Shown here piece after piece: positions 1 to 8,700 of a DNA stretch of 64,000 bases. Positions within the stretch are counted from its first letter, which is position 1, and each line of letters opens with the position of its first letter. The stretch is from Bacilli bacterium (GTDB lineage Bacteria; Bacillota_I; Bacilli_A; RFN20; CAG-826): the NCBI GenBank assembly GCA_022641095.1, contig JALCDB010000001.1, positions 311,859 through 375,858 on the forward strand, written 5' to 3'. The notes below the pieces were generated by a model. The model was not told where the DNA came from and did no database searches. It saw nothing but the letters and a program-made list of their open reading frames with translations. The translations under genes were made by a program, and so were the position numbers.

Positions 1-36
1 CACTCCGCAGGGCCTGCCCACTCCGCAGGGCCTGCC
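1..36. repeat. 18-bp tandem duplication CACTCCGCAGGGCCTGCC x2 (may continue upstream)
   Basis: Exact copies at 1-18 and 19-36; unit length is a multiple of 3 (reads PLRRAC). Confidence 0.9.
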
Positions 37-110
37 ACGGCGCCTCGCCGATGTCGGCTCTTCTGGGCTGGCGGAGAGGATCCAAGAAAGGTAGGAAACC
101 AAGAAAATGA
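3..110 (+). CDS. 3' end of a small Cys-containing phage-type gene (partial)
   Basis: Open frame LRRACPLRRACHG...KPRK* whose TGA overlaps the next ATG (ATGA 107-110). Confidence 0.35.
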   Translation, partial: LRRACPLRRACHGASPMSALLGWRRGSKKGRKPRK

Positions 111-304
111 AGCTTAAATACATCCCCGACGAGTTCGGAGACGGCGACGTCGTGGAAGCCGGGGGCCTGTCGCTTACGGCCAGGGAGTTCAGAAAGTCCG
201 GGAGCCCCGTGCTGGAGAGGGAGGCCGGTTCTGGCAAGGTCGTCACCTGGTGCGTGGTGCCCCAGATCGGGCACACAGTGCCTTTGTGGGAGGCAAAGCG
301 ATGA
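107..304 (+). CDS. Small hypothetical phage protein (65 aa)
   Basis: AGGA upstream; ATGA overlaps at both ends. Confidence 0.6.
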   Translation: MKLKYIPDEFGDGDVVEAGGLSLTAREFRKSGSPVLEREAGSGKVVTWCVVPQIGHTVPLWEAKR

Positions 305-476
305 GAAAAATCAGGGACCTACCAGGGAGGAGTCGTTCCGCATCTGCTCGGAAAGAACGACGTGCGACTCGTGCCCGCTCTAGGTGCTCTGCATGGAGCC
401 GATCTCGGACGAGATACGGGACTACAGTTCCGGGCGCCTTCGGGAGATGATGGACGCGGAGGTCGAGGCCAAATGA
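301..476 (+). pseudogene. Disrupted small Cys-rich phage gene (C..CxxCPL..C)
   Basis: Reconstructs as MRKIRDL/TREESFRICSERTTCDSCPL*VLCMEPISDEIRDYSSGRLREMMDAEVEAK* with 1 nt missing near 320 and an in-frame TAG at 381-383; ATGA coupling at 301 and 473. Confidence 0.6.
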
Positions 477-1078
477 TAGCGCTCATTTACGTGTCGAAGG
501 GCGGGCCGAGGTTCGCCTACAGCCAGGCGCTCGGAAGGTACCGGGCCGGCGAGACCGGCGGGGAACCGCTCAACGGCAGGGTCGCCGCGCAGTTCGAGCT
601 CGAGAAGGCAGTCGAGATCGCCAGGGAGGGCCTCTGCGGCCGCGAAAGGATCCGCATATCGGATGACGCGGCGAGGCTCCTGCGCGGATCCGCCCCGAGA
701 AGCCGGGAGGGCGGGATCGGGGAGCTCCTGGCCGGGTCGCGCCTGACGGAGGGGCAGACGCTGGCCTACATGGCGGGGTGGAGCAAGGTGTGGGGCTGGC
801 TCATCCAAGGGCTGGCCCTCTACCCGCCCGGAGACTGGCAGATGGACCTCTCCGCCTACTGCAAACTCGCGTGGAGAGACGCCGGCGAACCCGAGCGCGG
901 CGAGGAGCACGTCAGAAGGCCCCCGCAGAGCCGGCGGTACGTGACGTGCTTCTCCGACGACGTCGCCGGCAAGGTCGTCCTCCTGTTCGTCCGCCCCGAG
1001 TGGGCGGAGAAGATACTCAACGGGGAAAAGACGATAGAGCTCCGAAAGGGCCTCCCCGAGGAGGTGGAGGCCGTGTAG
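473..1078 (+). CDS. ASCH/PUA-like domain protein, apparently circularly permuted
   Basis: GxKxxExR motif (GEKTIELR) preceded by VRPEWAEKIL at the C-terminus; IYVSK, NGRVAAQF, WGWLI and RPPQSRRYV segments upstream; start at ATG 473 after GGAGG. Confidence 0.75.
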   Translation: MIALIYVSKGGPRFAYSQALGRYRAGETGGEPLNGRVAAQFELEKAVEIAREGLCGRERIRISDDAARLLRGSAPRSREGGIGELLAGSRLTEGQTLAYMAGWSKVWGWLIQGLALYPPGDWQMDLSAYCKLAWRDAGEPERGEEHVRRPPQSRRYVTCFSDDVAGKVVLLFVRPEWAEKILNGEKTIELRKGLPEEVEAV

Positions 1079-1106
1079 AAAAGAGCCGGCGAGGCATCCC
1101 CCGCCC

Positions 1107-1136
1107 TTGAAATCGGCCGGCCCGAGAAACTATAAT
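1107..1136 (+). promoter_or_regulatory. Sigma70/SigA promoter of the defence cassette
   Basis: TTGAAA-18 bp-TATAAT, 11 nt upstream of ATG 1148. Confidence 0.7.
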
Positions 1137-1147
1137 CATGTAAAATT

Positions 1148-2122
1148 ATGAGCCCTGAGGAAAAGCAAAGCGCGATTGATTTGATCATCAGCTCACTTCG
1201 CGGGAAATCGGGGATGAACTATCAGAAAGGCGCCGACATCATCCTTGGGGAATACTATCGGTCGCAAGGCCTGACGTTCGAAGTCCCTGACCCTTTAGGC
1301 GGGGACCACAAAAACGACGGCTGGGTGGTCGAGTCCGGAACGTTCTTCCAGGTTTACTCCCCACGCGAGGTCAAATCGTCCTTCGCCTCGGAGACGAGAA
1401 AAAAATTCGACGACGATTTCGGAGGGCTTTGCGACCTTGTCCTGTCCAAGGGGCAATGGGGCGGGGCAATCAACAAGTTCTACATGATCGTCAACACCCG
1501 CGACGGCTCCCTTCCGCCGGATTACGACCGGCATTACGAATCGGCCAAAAAAGCCGAGCTAGAAGCCCATCAGGGGAAAGCCATAGGCGACGTCAAAGTC
1601 GTAAACGACAATTTTTTAAAAGACATTCTCCTCGAATGCGGGGACAGCGCCCTTGAGGCCACGCTGACCAAGCTTGACCTTTACGGGTGCCTCGCCGCCG
1701 AAAAGATAAGCAGCGCGGACATAGTCCGCTTCGTCGGGCGCGTCTCGGCGAAAATCTCCGACGGTTTCCTCCAAGGCCCCGCACCCGCTCCCGACTTCAC
1801 GCGAGTCCCGCCAGACAAAAAACTGGACATCAACAAATTGGGGGGCTACCAGGCACGGTTCGACCAAATCTATCCGTACATCGGCGCGGTGGACAAGGCG
1901 AACGAGGAATGCAACGAAGACATCGCCAGCGCCAGCGGCTTCCAAAGGACAAAGGACTTCGTAATCGCCTCCTACAGAAAGAATTCGGCGGCCATGAGCG
2001 GCATCGATCTCTACCAAAAGGTCAGAGACGACCTTACGGGCCTCTATCCTACGGGAAAGACGGCGGCCGAGATGGTCGTCGCGTACGTTTTCGACAAATG
2101 CGATATTTTCAAGAAAGAGTGA
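1148..2122 (+). CDS. ABC-three-component (Lamassu-like, LmuA-type) effector: N-terminal restriction-endonuclease-like domain plus C-terminal domain
   Basis: GGDHKNDG...FQVYSP motif; C-terminal YVFDKCDIF; first gene of a 3-gene operon ending in an SMC-like ATPase. Confidence 0.75.
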   Translation: MSPEEKQSAIDLIISSLRGKSGMNYQKGADIILGEYYRSQGLTFEVPDPLGGDHKNDGWVVESGTFFQVYSPREVKSSFASETRKKFDDDFGGLCDLVLSKGQWGGAINKFYMIVNTRDGSLPPDYDRHYESAKKAELEAHQGKAIGDVKVVNDNFLKDILLECGDSALEATLTKLDLYGCLAAEKISSADIVRFVGRVSAKISDGFLQGPAPAPDFTRVPPDKKLDINKLGGYQARFDQIYPYIGAVDKANEECNEDIASASGFQRTKDFVIASYRKNSAAMSGIDLYQKVRDDLTGLYPTGKTAAEMVVAYVFDKCDIFKKE

Positions 2123-2132
2123 CAAAAGCAAA

Positions 2133-2396
2133 ATGATTCTACCAGACAAATACACAACCAATCAGGACAGCCTCATCGGCGCGTCGGCGATCGTCCTCTC
2201 CTGCCTCGGAAGGCAGCGGGTGCCGGTCGAAGACGCCTGGGGCAGGTGCAAGAGAGAATCGGGCCGACTGAACGTCCGCCTGCCCTTCACGAAATTCATA
2301 CAGACGATCTGCTTCATGTTCGCCTGCGGGATGATCCAATGCGAGAAAGGAGGGCTTATCTTCAATGAAAATCTTGTCACTGACGATAAAAGATGA
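2133..2396 (+). CDS. ABC-three-component middle component (LmuC-like)
   Basis: 87 aa, MILPDKY...SLIGASAIVL..L...W...F...L..G.I pattern; lies between effector and ATPase and overlaps the latter by 32 bp. Confidence 0.75.
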   Translation: MILPDKYTTNQDSLIGASAIVLSCLGRQRVPVEDAWGRCKRESGRLNVRLPFTKFIQTICFMFACGMIQCEKGGLIFNENLVTDDKR

Positions 2397-4032
2397 CCTC
2401 CGCCGCGAGGTGAGGAGTGTCGCCTTTAAACCGTCGGGCGCCTCGTTCGTGTTCGGCGACGTCCAAGACCCCGCGGCCTCGCGCAAAACGTCCAACAGCC
2501 TCGGGAAAACCCTTCTTTTTAGCTTGGTCGACTCCGTCTACGGAGCAAAGGGCAACAGGGAGACCTCCAAGAAAGCGCTGGCAGGCTTCTCGATTTCGTC
2601 AGTAATAGAAGCCAAAGGCGCGAAGCACACCGTCGAGAAAACGCTCGGCACCCCAAGCAAAATAAGCCTGGACGGGAGGGCCATGAATCTGGAAAGCTAC
2701 AAGGAGTATCTCGGGATTGACCGAGGCATCTCGTCGAAATTCATCCACCTCAGCAACCGGCCGAGCGTCTGGAGCGACCGCTCCACCCCCTCCTGGAGCG
2801 ACTATGCGGCGATCCTCAGAATCCTGGGCCTCGGGAGGATGCCCGACCTCGTGAAAACGATCTACCTCGAGCAGGACAAGCTGAAGCTTTCGTCCTCGCA
2901 ATGCCGGCAGGCCATGGAAGACGCCGAATCCACGCCGAATAAATTCGAGGAGGACCGCTTCCTCAACGACAAGGCCATAGAATCCCTCGAAAAGGAAATA
3001 AGCAAGACAACCGCCGATGCGAAAAACCTGAAGATATCCAAGGAAAGCGCCGACGTCCAGGCCGAGTTCGAATCCCTGAACGAGAAGTTGAGGGAAAAGC
3101 AGGGAGAGATATCCCGCCTTGCGCAGCAAAAAGCAAAGCTCAGCTCCTACGTGGAGGGTGTCGCCTCCTCGAAAATGACGCCGGCCGACATCGAGAGGAT
3201 CTACAAAGAGGCGAACATCGAGCTCCCCGGGCTCGTGAAGAAGAGAATCGAGGACGTCGACGCTTTCTTCGCAAGCGTGGTCGCCGACAGAAGGTGGTCG
3301 ATCGAGAAGCGCATCGAGGAGATCGACGCCGACACGCTCAGGCTGAGCGGAGAGGCCAAGGCGATAGGCGCGAAGCTCGACTCCTGCGGGAAGGTCCTCT
3401 CCACGAACGAGGCCTACCAGACCGCGATGGAGATCCTCGGCAAAGCCAGCGCCGAACTTCAGGACGCGAAATTCAAAAAAGGGCAGTTCCAAAGCATCGT
3501 TAGTCTTCAGTCGAAGGCCGAGACCCTCGAAAGATCCGTGAAGGCGAACCTGGCGGCGCTGTCCGAGGAAAAGGGCCGCTACGAAGGAAAAATAGACGAA
3601 TACCGCAACTGGGTGTTCGAGAAAATAAGCAAGGTGTACGAGAACAAAGTCCGCGGGACCTTCGTGATCCAGATCGCCGGCGAGCGGGCTATAAAGAGAT
3701 CGAGGCCCATCTCCATGGACATGACGATGACGAGGGACGCCGGAGAGGGAATCAGCGCCGCGAAAAGGCTCATCTTCGACTATCTGCTTTTTCACGCGTC
3801 CAGCGACTTCGAAATGTGCGTCGAGGATTCGTCCTGCTTCAACGGGATAGACCCCAGGCAGGTGGACTCGCTGGCCCTCATGGCCGACGAGATTGCCTCG
3901 TCCGAAGGCAAGCAGGCCTTCATCGGCCTTAACAAATACCAGCTCCTTAGCGGCGAGACGATCGCCAAGATAAAAGGCGAGAGCGTGCTCGTCCTTTCCG
4001 AGGACGACCTTCTCCTCAGGCGAGAGTTCTGA
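2365..4032 (+). CDS. SMC/Rad50-like ABC ATPase (LmuB-like, DUF2326-type C-terminus)
   Basis: Walker A NSLGKT, long central coiled coil, AGEG signature, VEDSS..FNGIDPRQ Walker B/D-loop. Confidence 0.8.
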   Translation: MKILSLTIKDDLRREVRSVAFKPSGASFVFGDVQDPAASRKTSNSLGKTLLFSLVDSVYGAKGNRETSKKALAGFSISSVIEAKGAKHTVEKTLGTPSKISLDGRAMNLESYKEYLGIDRGISSKFIHLSNRPSVWSDRSTPSWSDYAAILRILGLGRMPDLVKTIYLEQDKLKLSSSQCRQAMEDAESTPNKFEEDRFLNDKAIESLEKEISKTTADAKNLKISKESADVQAEFESLNEKLREKQGEISRLAQQKAKLSSYVEGVASSKMTPADIERIYKEANIELPGLVKKRIEDVDAFFASVVADRRWSIEKRIEEIDADTLRLSGEAKAIGAKLDSCGKVLSTNEAYQTAMEILGKASAELQDAKFKKGQFQSIVSLQSKAETLERSVKANLAALSEEKGRYEGKIDEYRNWVFEKISKVYENKVRGTFVIQIAGERAIKRSRPISMDMTMTRDAGEGISAAKRLIFDYLLFHASSDFEMCVEDSSCFNGIDPRQVDSLALMADEIASSEGKQAFIGLNKYQLLSGETIAKIKGESVLVLSEDDLLLRREF

Positions 4033-4044
4033 GGCCGCCGGCTC

Positions 4045-4073
4045 AGGCCCCTTCCTTCGAAGGGGCTTTTTTT
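4045..4073 (+). terminator. Rho-independent terminator of the defence operon
   Basis: AGGCCCCTTC-cttc-GAAGGGGCTT hairpin ending in a T7 run. Confidence 0.9.
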
Positions 4074-4438
4074 GGCCGATGCCGATACCGACTGGGGAAA
4101 GGCGGCATCTAGTGCAGAAAACGCACCACATCCCCGCCATGGTGGGCCGGAGGCGGGCGCGCCAACGAAAAAGCCAGGCAGTAAGCCTGACTTTTCTTCT
4201 GCCCCGGTGCCCGTCCGCCGGTTTTCTTGGGCTTCGCCGATTCCGGGCTTACCCTTGGGGCCGGAGGAGGGAGACGCCATGGAAGAATCCGACGGAAGGG
4301 TCAGGACGGCACTCGACAGGAAACTGGGCGACCCGGGCCGAGAAAAGAGACAGGCCGAGGCCCGCAGGCATAGCAAGGCAGGGCGGCAAAGAACCGGAGG
4401 CGGGATGTGCTATCCTTTCGCCCGGAGGGACGGTCAGG

Positions 4439-5548
4439 ATGGCGAACGTTTTCAGGTCGGGCGACAGGACGTGGAGGGTGGACGCGAAAGCCACCGCCAG
4501 AGGTAGCGAGAGGGTCCACGTGGAGAGAAGGGGCTACGCGAGCGAGGCCGAGGCGAAGAGGGCGGCCCCGGCCCTTGTCGCGGCCACCCTGCGGAGGCGC
4601 GGCGGCTCGCCCGGGAAGCCATTCGCCTCGCTGACAAAGAGGTACTTGGAGCTGGAAAGAACAAGAAAAAGGGCGTCGTCGTTCGACGCCGAGGCCAGGA
4701 TGGTGAGGAACCACATAGGGCCGTGGCTCCGGGGCAGGACGGCCGCGCAGGCCTGCTCGAGGGCGGCGCTGTTGGCGTTCCGCTCCCGCGTGTCCTCGCT
4801 CCCCGTGTCCGCCGAGACCAAGAGCCGGATAGAGGGGCGGTTCTTCTCGATGCTCCGGTACGGGGCCTCGCAGGGGCTTCTGGAGGGCGCCGACGTCTCG
4901 AGGGCCGACGGGATCCTGCTCCCCTTCCGGAGCGACGGCTCCGAGGTCAGGAGGGAGAAAATCGCCTTGACGAAGGCCCAGTACGCCGCCTTCATCGCGA
5001 CGTTCCGCGACGACGACAAGCACAAGGCGATGTTCGAGTCCTGATTCTACCTCGGCGCCCGGTTCGGCGAGATGCTCGGGCTCCGCTGGGAAGACGTGGA
5101 CCTCGCGGGGAAAGCCGTCTTCATCCGCCGCCAGAGGCAGCGCTCCGGGGAGGATGGGCTGTGGCATGACGTCGAAACCAAGACCCCAAGCTCCGTGAGG
5201 CACCTGAGGCTCAGCCCGTTCCTGGCCGGGGAGCTCTACGCGCTGAAGGGGGCCGAGGGCGCCGGGCCGGGGGACTTCCTGTTCTTCGGGAGGAAGGGCA
5301 TCAGAAAGCACCCGGTGGTGTCGGCCCTCCAGGGGCACTGCCGCGCGGCGGGCGTCCCCGTCATCAGCCCGCACGAGATAAGGCACACGGTCGCCTTCTG
5401 GCTCGTCGCGGCCTGCAAGGACATGTCGGACCTCATCGTGGTCCAGCGCTGGCTCGGGCACACCTCGCTCAAGGAGACGCTCGACACCTACTCCCACTAC
5501 CTGAAGAGGGGGGACGGCGGCGCCATCTCCACCCTCGACGACGTGTGA
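4439..5548 (+). pseudogene. Phage tyrosine integrase interrupted by an in-frame TGA (5042-5044)
   Basis: One frame from ATG 4439 (GGAGG RBS): arm-binding RRGY motif, core-binding domain, then MFES*FYLGARFGE...TKT...HEIRH...LGH...TYSH with the full catalytic set. Confidence 0.85.
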
Positions 5549-5577
5549 AAAATCCAGTCAACGAAAAACGCTTTTGA

Positions 5578-5597
5578 TACGAACTTTTACGAACTTT
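5578..5597. repeat. Tandem 10-bp direct repeat TACGAACTTT x2, candidate integrase arm-type sites
   Basis: Exact repeats between the integrase stop and the tRNA 3' end. Confidence 0.6.
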
Positions 5598-5607
5598 TGT
5601 TATGAGC

Positions 5608-5635
5608 AAAATAAAACCCTCGATTTTATCGAGGG
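5608..5635 (-). terminator. Terminator downstream of tRNA-Pro(CGG)
   Basis: CCCTCGAT-ttt-ATCGAGGG hairpin with a T-rich tail on the minus strand. Confidence 0.75.
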
Positions 5636-5646
5636 ATTATGTCAAA

Positions 5647-5722
5647 TGGTCGGAACAGCGGGGCTCGAACCCGCGACCTCTTGGTCCCGAACCAAGCGCA
5701 CTACCAACTGTGCCATGTCCCG
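5647..5722 (-). tRNA. tRNA-Pro (anticodon CGG)
   Basis: Reverse complement CGGGACATGGCACAGTTGGTAGTGCGCTTGGTTCGGGACCAAGAGGTCGCGGGTTCGAGCCCCGCTGTTCCGACCA folds as a cloverleaf with encoded CCA. Confidence 0.97.
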
Positions 5723-5763
5723 ACGTATCGCGAGATAGCGCTCGCGTCCGATAATATAGCACT

Positions 5764-8700
5764 TTACTTGACGAAATCAAAGAGCGACATCTGGTTCGTC
5801 TCCCCAAGGTCGCCCAAAGCTCCAAGGTCGCTCAAATCCTTGATGTTGGTTTCGCTCAGCTTCGTGCGATTGCAAAGATCCTCCTTGCTGATGAACGGAC
5901 CTTTTTTTCGGGCTTCCACCACGGTTTCGCCGGCTTGGGCGCCAAGGCCGCTGATGACTTTGAACGGCGGGATGAGCATTTTGCGCTCATGATCGACCAC
6001 GAAATCGTCGGCTTGGCTCCTGTAAAGGTCGATGTTGCCCATCGTGAAGCCCCGTTCAAGCATTTCCACCTCGACGGTCAGGACCTTCTGTATCTCCACT
6101 TCCTTGTTGGAAAGGGGGTCGGCGCGGTTGTTCTCGCGCCGCTTGTATTCCTCCAAGCGGTCGAGAACGCCCTTAACGTCGCCTTTCATGACGGAAAGGT
6201 CATAGTTGTCGCAACGGACGCTAAAGTAGACCGCGTAGAACTCCAACGGATGGTAGAGTTTGAACCATGCCACGCGGACGGCGTCGATGACGTATGCGGT
6301 CGCGTGGGCTCTTGGGAAAAGATACCGGATCTTTTTGCAACTGTTGATGTAGTAATCGGGGACGTTGTGGGCCTTCATCTCGGCGATGTCCTCCTCTCGG
6401 AGGGGTTTGCCGACCTTGTTTTTCCGAACGTATTCCATGATTTTGAAGGCTTTGGAATTGTCGATTCCGTGGGCGATAAGGTACGTCATGATATCGTCGC
6501 GGCATCCGATGACTTCCTCAAGGGTGGCCGTCTTGCTCCTAATGAGGTCCTCGGCATTGTTGTTCCAGACGTCGGTGCCGTGACTGAGACCCGAGATGAT
6601 GAGCAGGTCGTTGAAGGTCTTCGGGCGGGATTCGGCCAAAATGCCCTGAACGAAGGAGGTGCCGAATTCCGGCATCGCCACCGCCCCCGTCTCGAAATGA
6701 AGAGGGTTGTCGCTCATTTTGAGTTCGGCGGGCGAACTGAAGAGAGACAAGACCTTTTTGTCGTTCATCGGGATCGACATCATGTCGACGGAGGAGGCGG
6801 CGCACATTTTGCGGATGGCCAAGGGATCGACGTGGCCCAAAAGGTCAAGTTTAAGGACCTCGTCGTGCATGCTCGCGAATTCGTAATGGGTCGTAAGCCA
6901 ATCGCTGTGGAGGTCGTCGGCCGGGTGTTGGAACGGCGTGAAATCGAAAACGTTCATGTCGCTCGGGATGACGACTATTCCGCCCGGGTGCTGTCCGGTC
7001 GTGCGTTTGACGCCTGTGCAACGAGTCGCGATTTTGGCGATCTGGGACCGCGGGATCCCGTCGGGGTCCTTGCCGATCCGCTCATAATAGCCGCGAACCA
7101 TGCCGTATGCCGTCTTTTGGGCGACCGTGGAAATCGTTCCGGCGCGAAAGCAATTGCGGGGCCCTAGAAGCGTTCGCGTGTAATCGTGGGCCTTGGCTTG
7201 GTAGTCGGGCGGGAAGTTTAGATCGATGTCCGGGACCTTCTCGGCGTGGAAGCCAAGGAAAACCTCAAACGGGATGTTTTGGCCGTTGGCGAGCATTTTC
7301 TCGCCGCACTCCGGGCAGACTTTGTCGGGCAGGTCAAAACCCGAATGGACGCTCGGGTCCTTGCTCCACTCGAAATGATGGCACTTCGGGCAAACGTAAT
7401 GGGGCGGAAGCGGATTGACTTCGGTGATATCGGCCATGGTGGCGGCGAAAGAGCTGCCGACCGAGCCGCGGGAACCGATGAAATAGCCGTCCTCGTTAGC
7501 TTTCTTGATGATGCAATGGGCGATGTAGTAGGTGACCGAATAGCCATGCCCGATGACGCCGGCGAGCTCTTTGTCGAGGCGTTCCTTGATAAGGGGATCG
7601 GGGTTGTCGCCGTAATGCTTCTTGAGGTTGGCGTAGCAAATATCCTTGATGCGCGCCGCGCTGTCTGGAAGATTGGCGTTCGGTGGGAAAATATCGGGTT
7701 TGACCGGATAAACCGGTTCCACCATATCGGCGATCAGATTCGTGTTCTTGACGACGATCTCGCGGGCTTTGCCCTCCGGAAGCCACGAAGAGAAACTGTC
7801 GAGCATCTCCTTCGTCGAGCGGAAGTGCTGGTCAGGGTTGTCGAAAAGGGGAAGGCGGTCCCGGAAATTCGGATTGAGAGGATGCCGCCCGCCGCCCAGG
7901 AGCTTGCCGAAGATATAAACGTCGCGGCACACTTTGTCCTCGGGGTTCACGTAATGGACGTCCCCGGTGGCCACGATCGGCTTATGAAGCTCGTCGGCCG
8001 CCCTCATGATCGTTTTCAGCATATCGAGGAGCCGCTCCTTGTCGAAATCGCCGATGTTAATGAGGTAAGAATAGTTTTCCAGCGGCTGAATCTCGACATA
8101 GTCGTAGAACGAGATGGCTTTTTTAAGATCCTCATAACTGCGGGTCTTGGCCATCTCGAAAACGTCGCTATTGAAGCAAGCACTGCCAAAAAGCAGATTC
8201 CGATGGCCCTTTTCGAGTTCGCTTCGTGGTATCTTCGGCAGGTTGTCGCTGCCCATGTAGTCGGTGTTGGACAAAGAAATCAGGCGATACATTTCGCGCA
8301 ACCCCTCGGCGTTTTTCACCAAGGCTATCATGTGGCTGCTATGAAGGTGCTGGTAGAACATCGAACGGACATCGGTCAGTTGCCCATCGCTGAGTTTGGG
8401 AAACCAGGTTTTGTTGACCTCAAGATCCTTTAAGTCGCAGTGGCGTTTGTCGCCACGAGGGTTCAATTTGGCCAAGATGGCCTCCCAAACCGCGTTGAGG
8501 GCCTCGGCGTCGAAGTCGGCGCGGTGAGCGTCGTCGTCGTTATAGGTCGAAAGCCCCAAACGACGGGACAAAGAGCCCAAACGGTGGCTGCTCGCTTCCG
8601 GGAAAAGAAAGTGGGAGAGCGCCAAAGTGTCGACCGCGGGGTTGGTTAGCGGAGGCAACCCCGCCCGTTCGCGGGCGGCATCGAGAAAGCCGATGTCGAA

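Larger units (their letters stand above)
1..5646. mobile_element. Right end of an integrated prophage-like element abutting the 3' end of tRNA-Pro(CGG); extends beyond the left window edge
   Basis: Small ATGA-coupled phage-type genes, an ASCH protein, a defence cassette and a terminal tyrosine integrase ending ~100 bp from the tRNA CCA end; + strand against minus-strand core genes. Confidence 0.8.

Noticed and set aside
1-36. Possible CRISPR repeat
   Set aside because: Copies are adjacent with no spacer; no array or cas genes seen anywhere in the window
2599-4140. Long antisense ORFs (also 4301-5497, 5935-7167, 7246-8433, 47832-49085, 56679-58247)
   Set aside because: They shadow well-supported genes on the opposite strand, as expected from GC-rich codon bias, and show no motifs
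4072-4506. ORF(s) between the defence operon and the integrase as an excisionase (ATG 4279 has a GGAGG upstream)
   Set aside because: No HTH or other recognisable motif, and it overlaps the integrase start; cannot be supported
5042-5044. Alternative genetic code (TGA=Trp, or TAG reassignment) suggested by in-frame stops
   Set aside because: Element genes (2122, 4032, 5548) and host genes such as rpsP end at TGA at their expected C-termini, Trp is encoded by TGG, and TAG ends the ASCH gene and others
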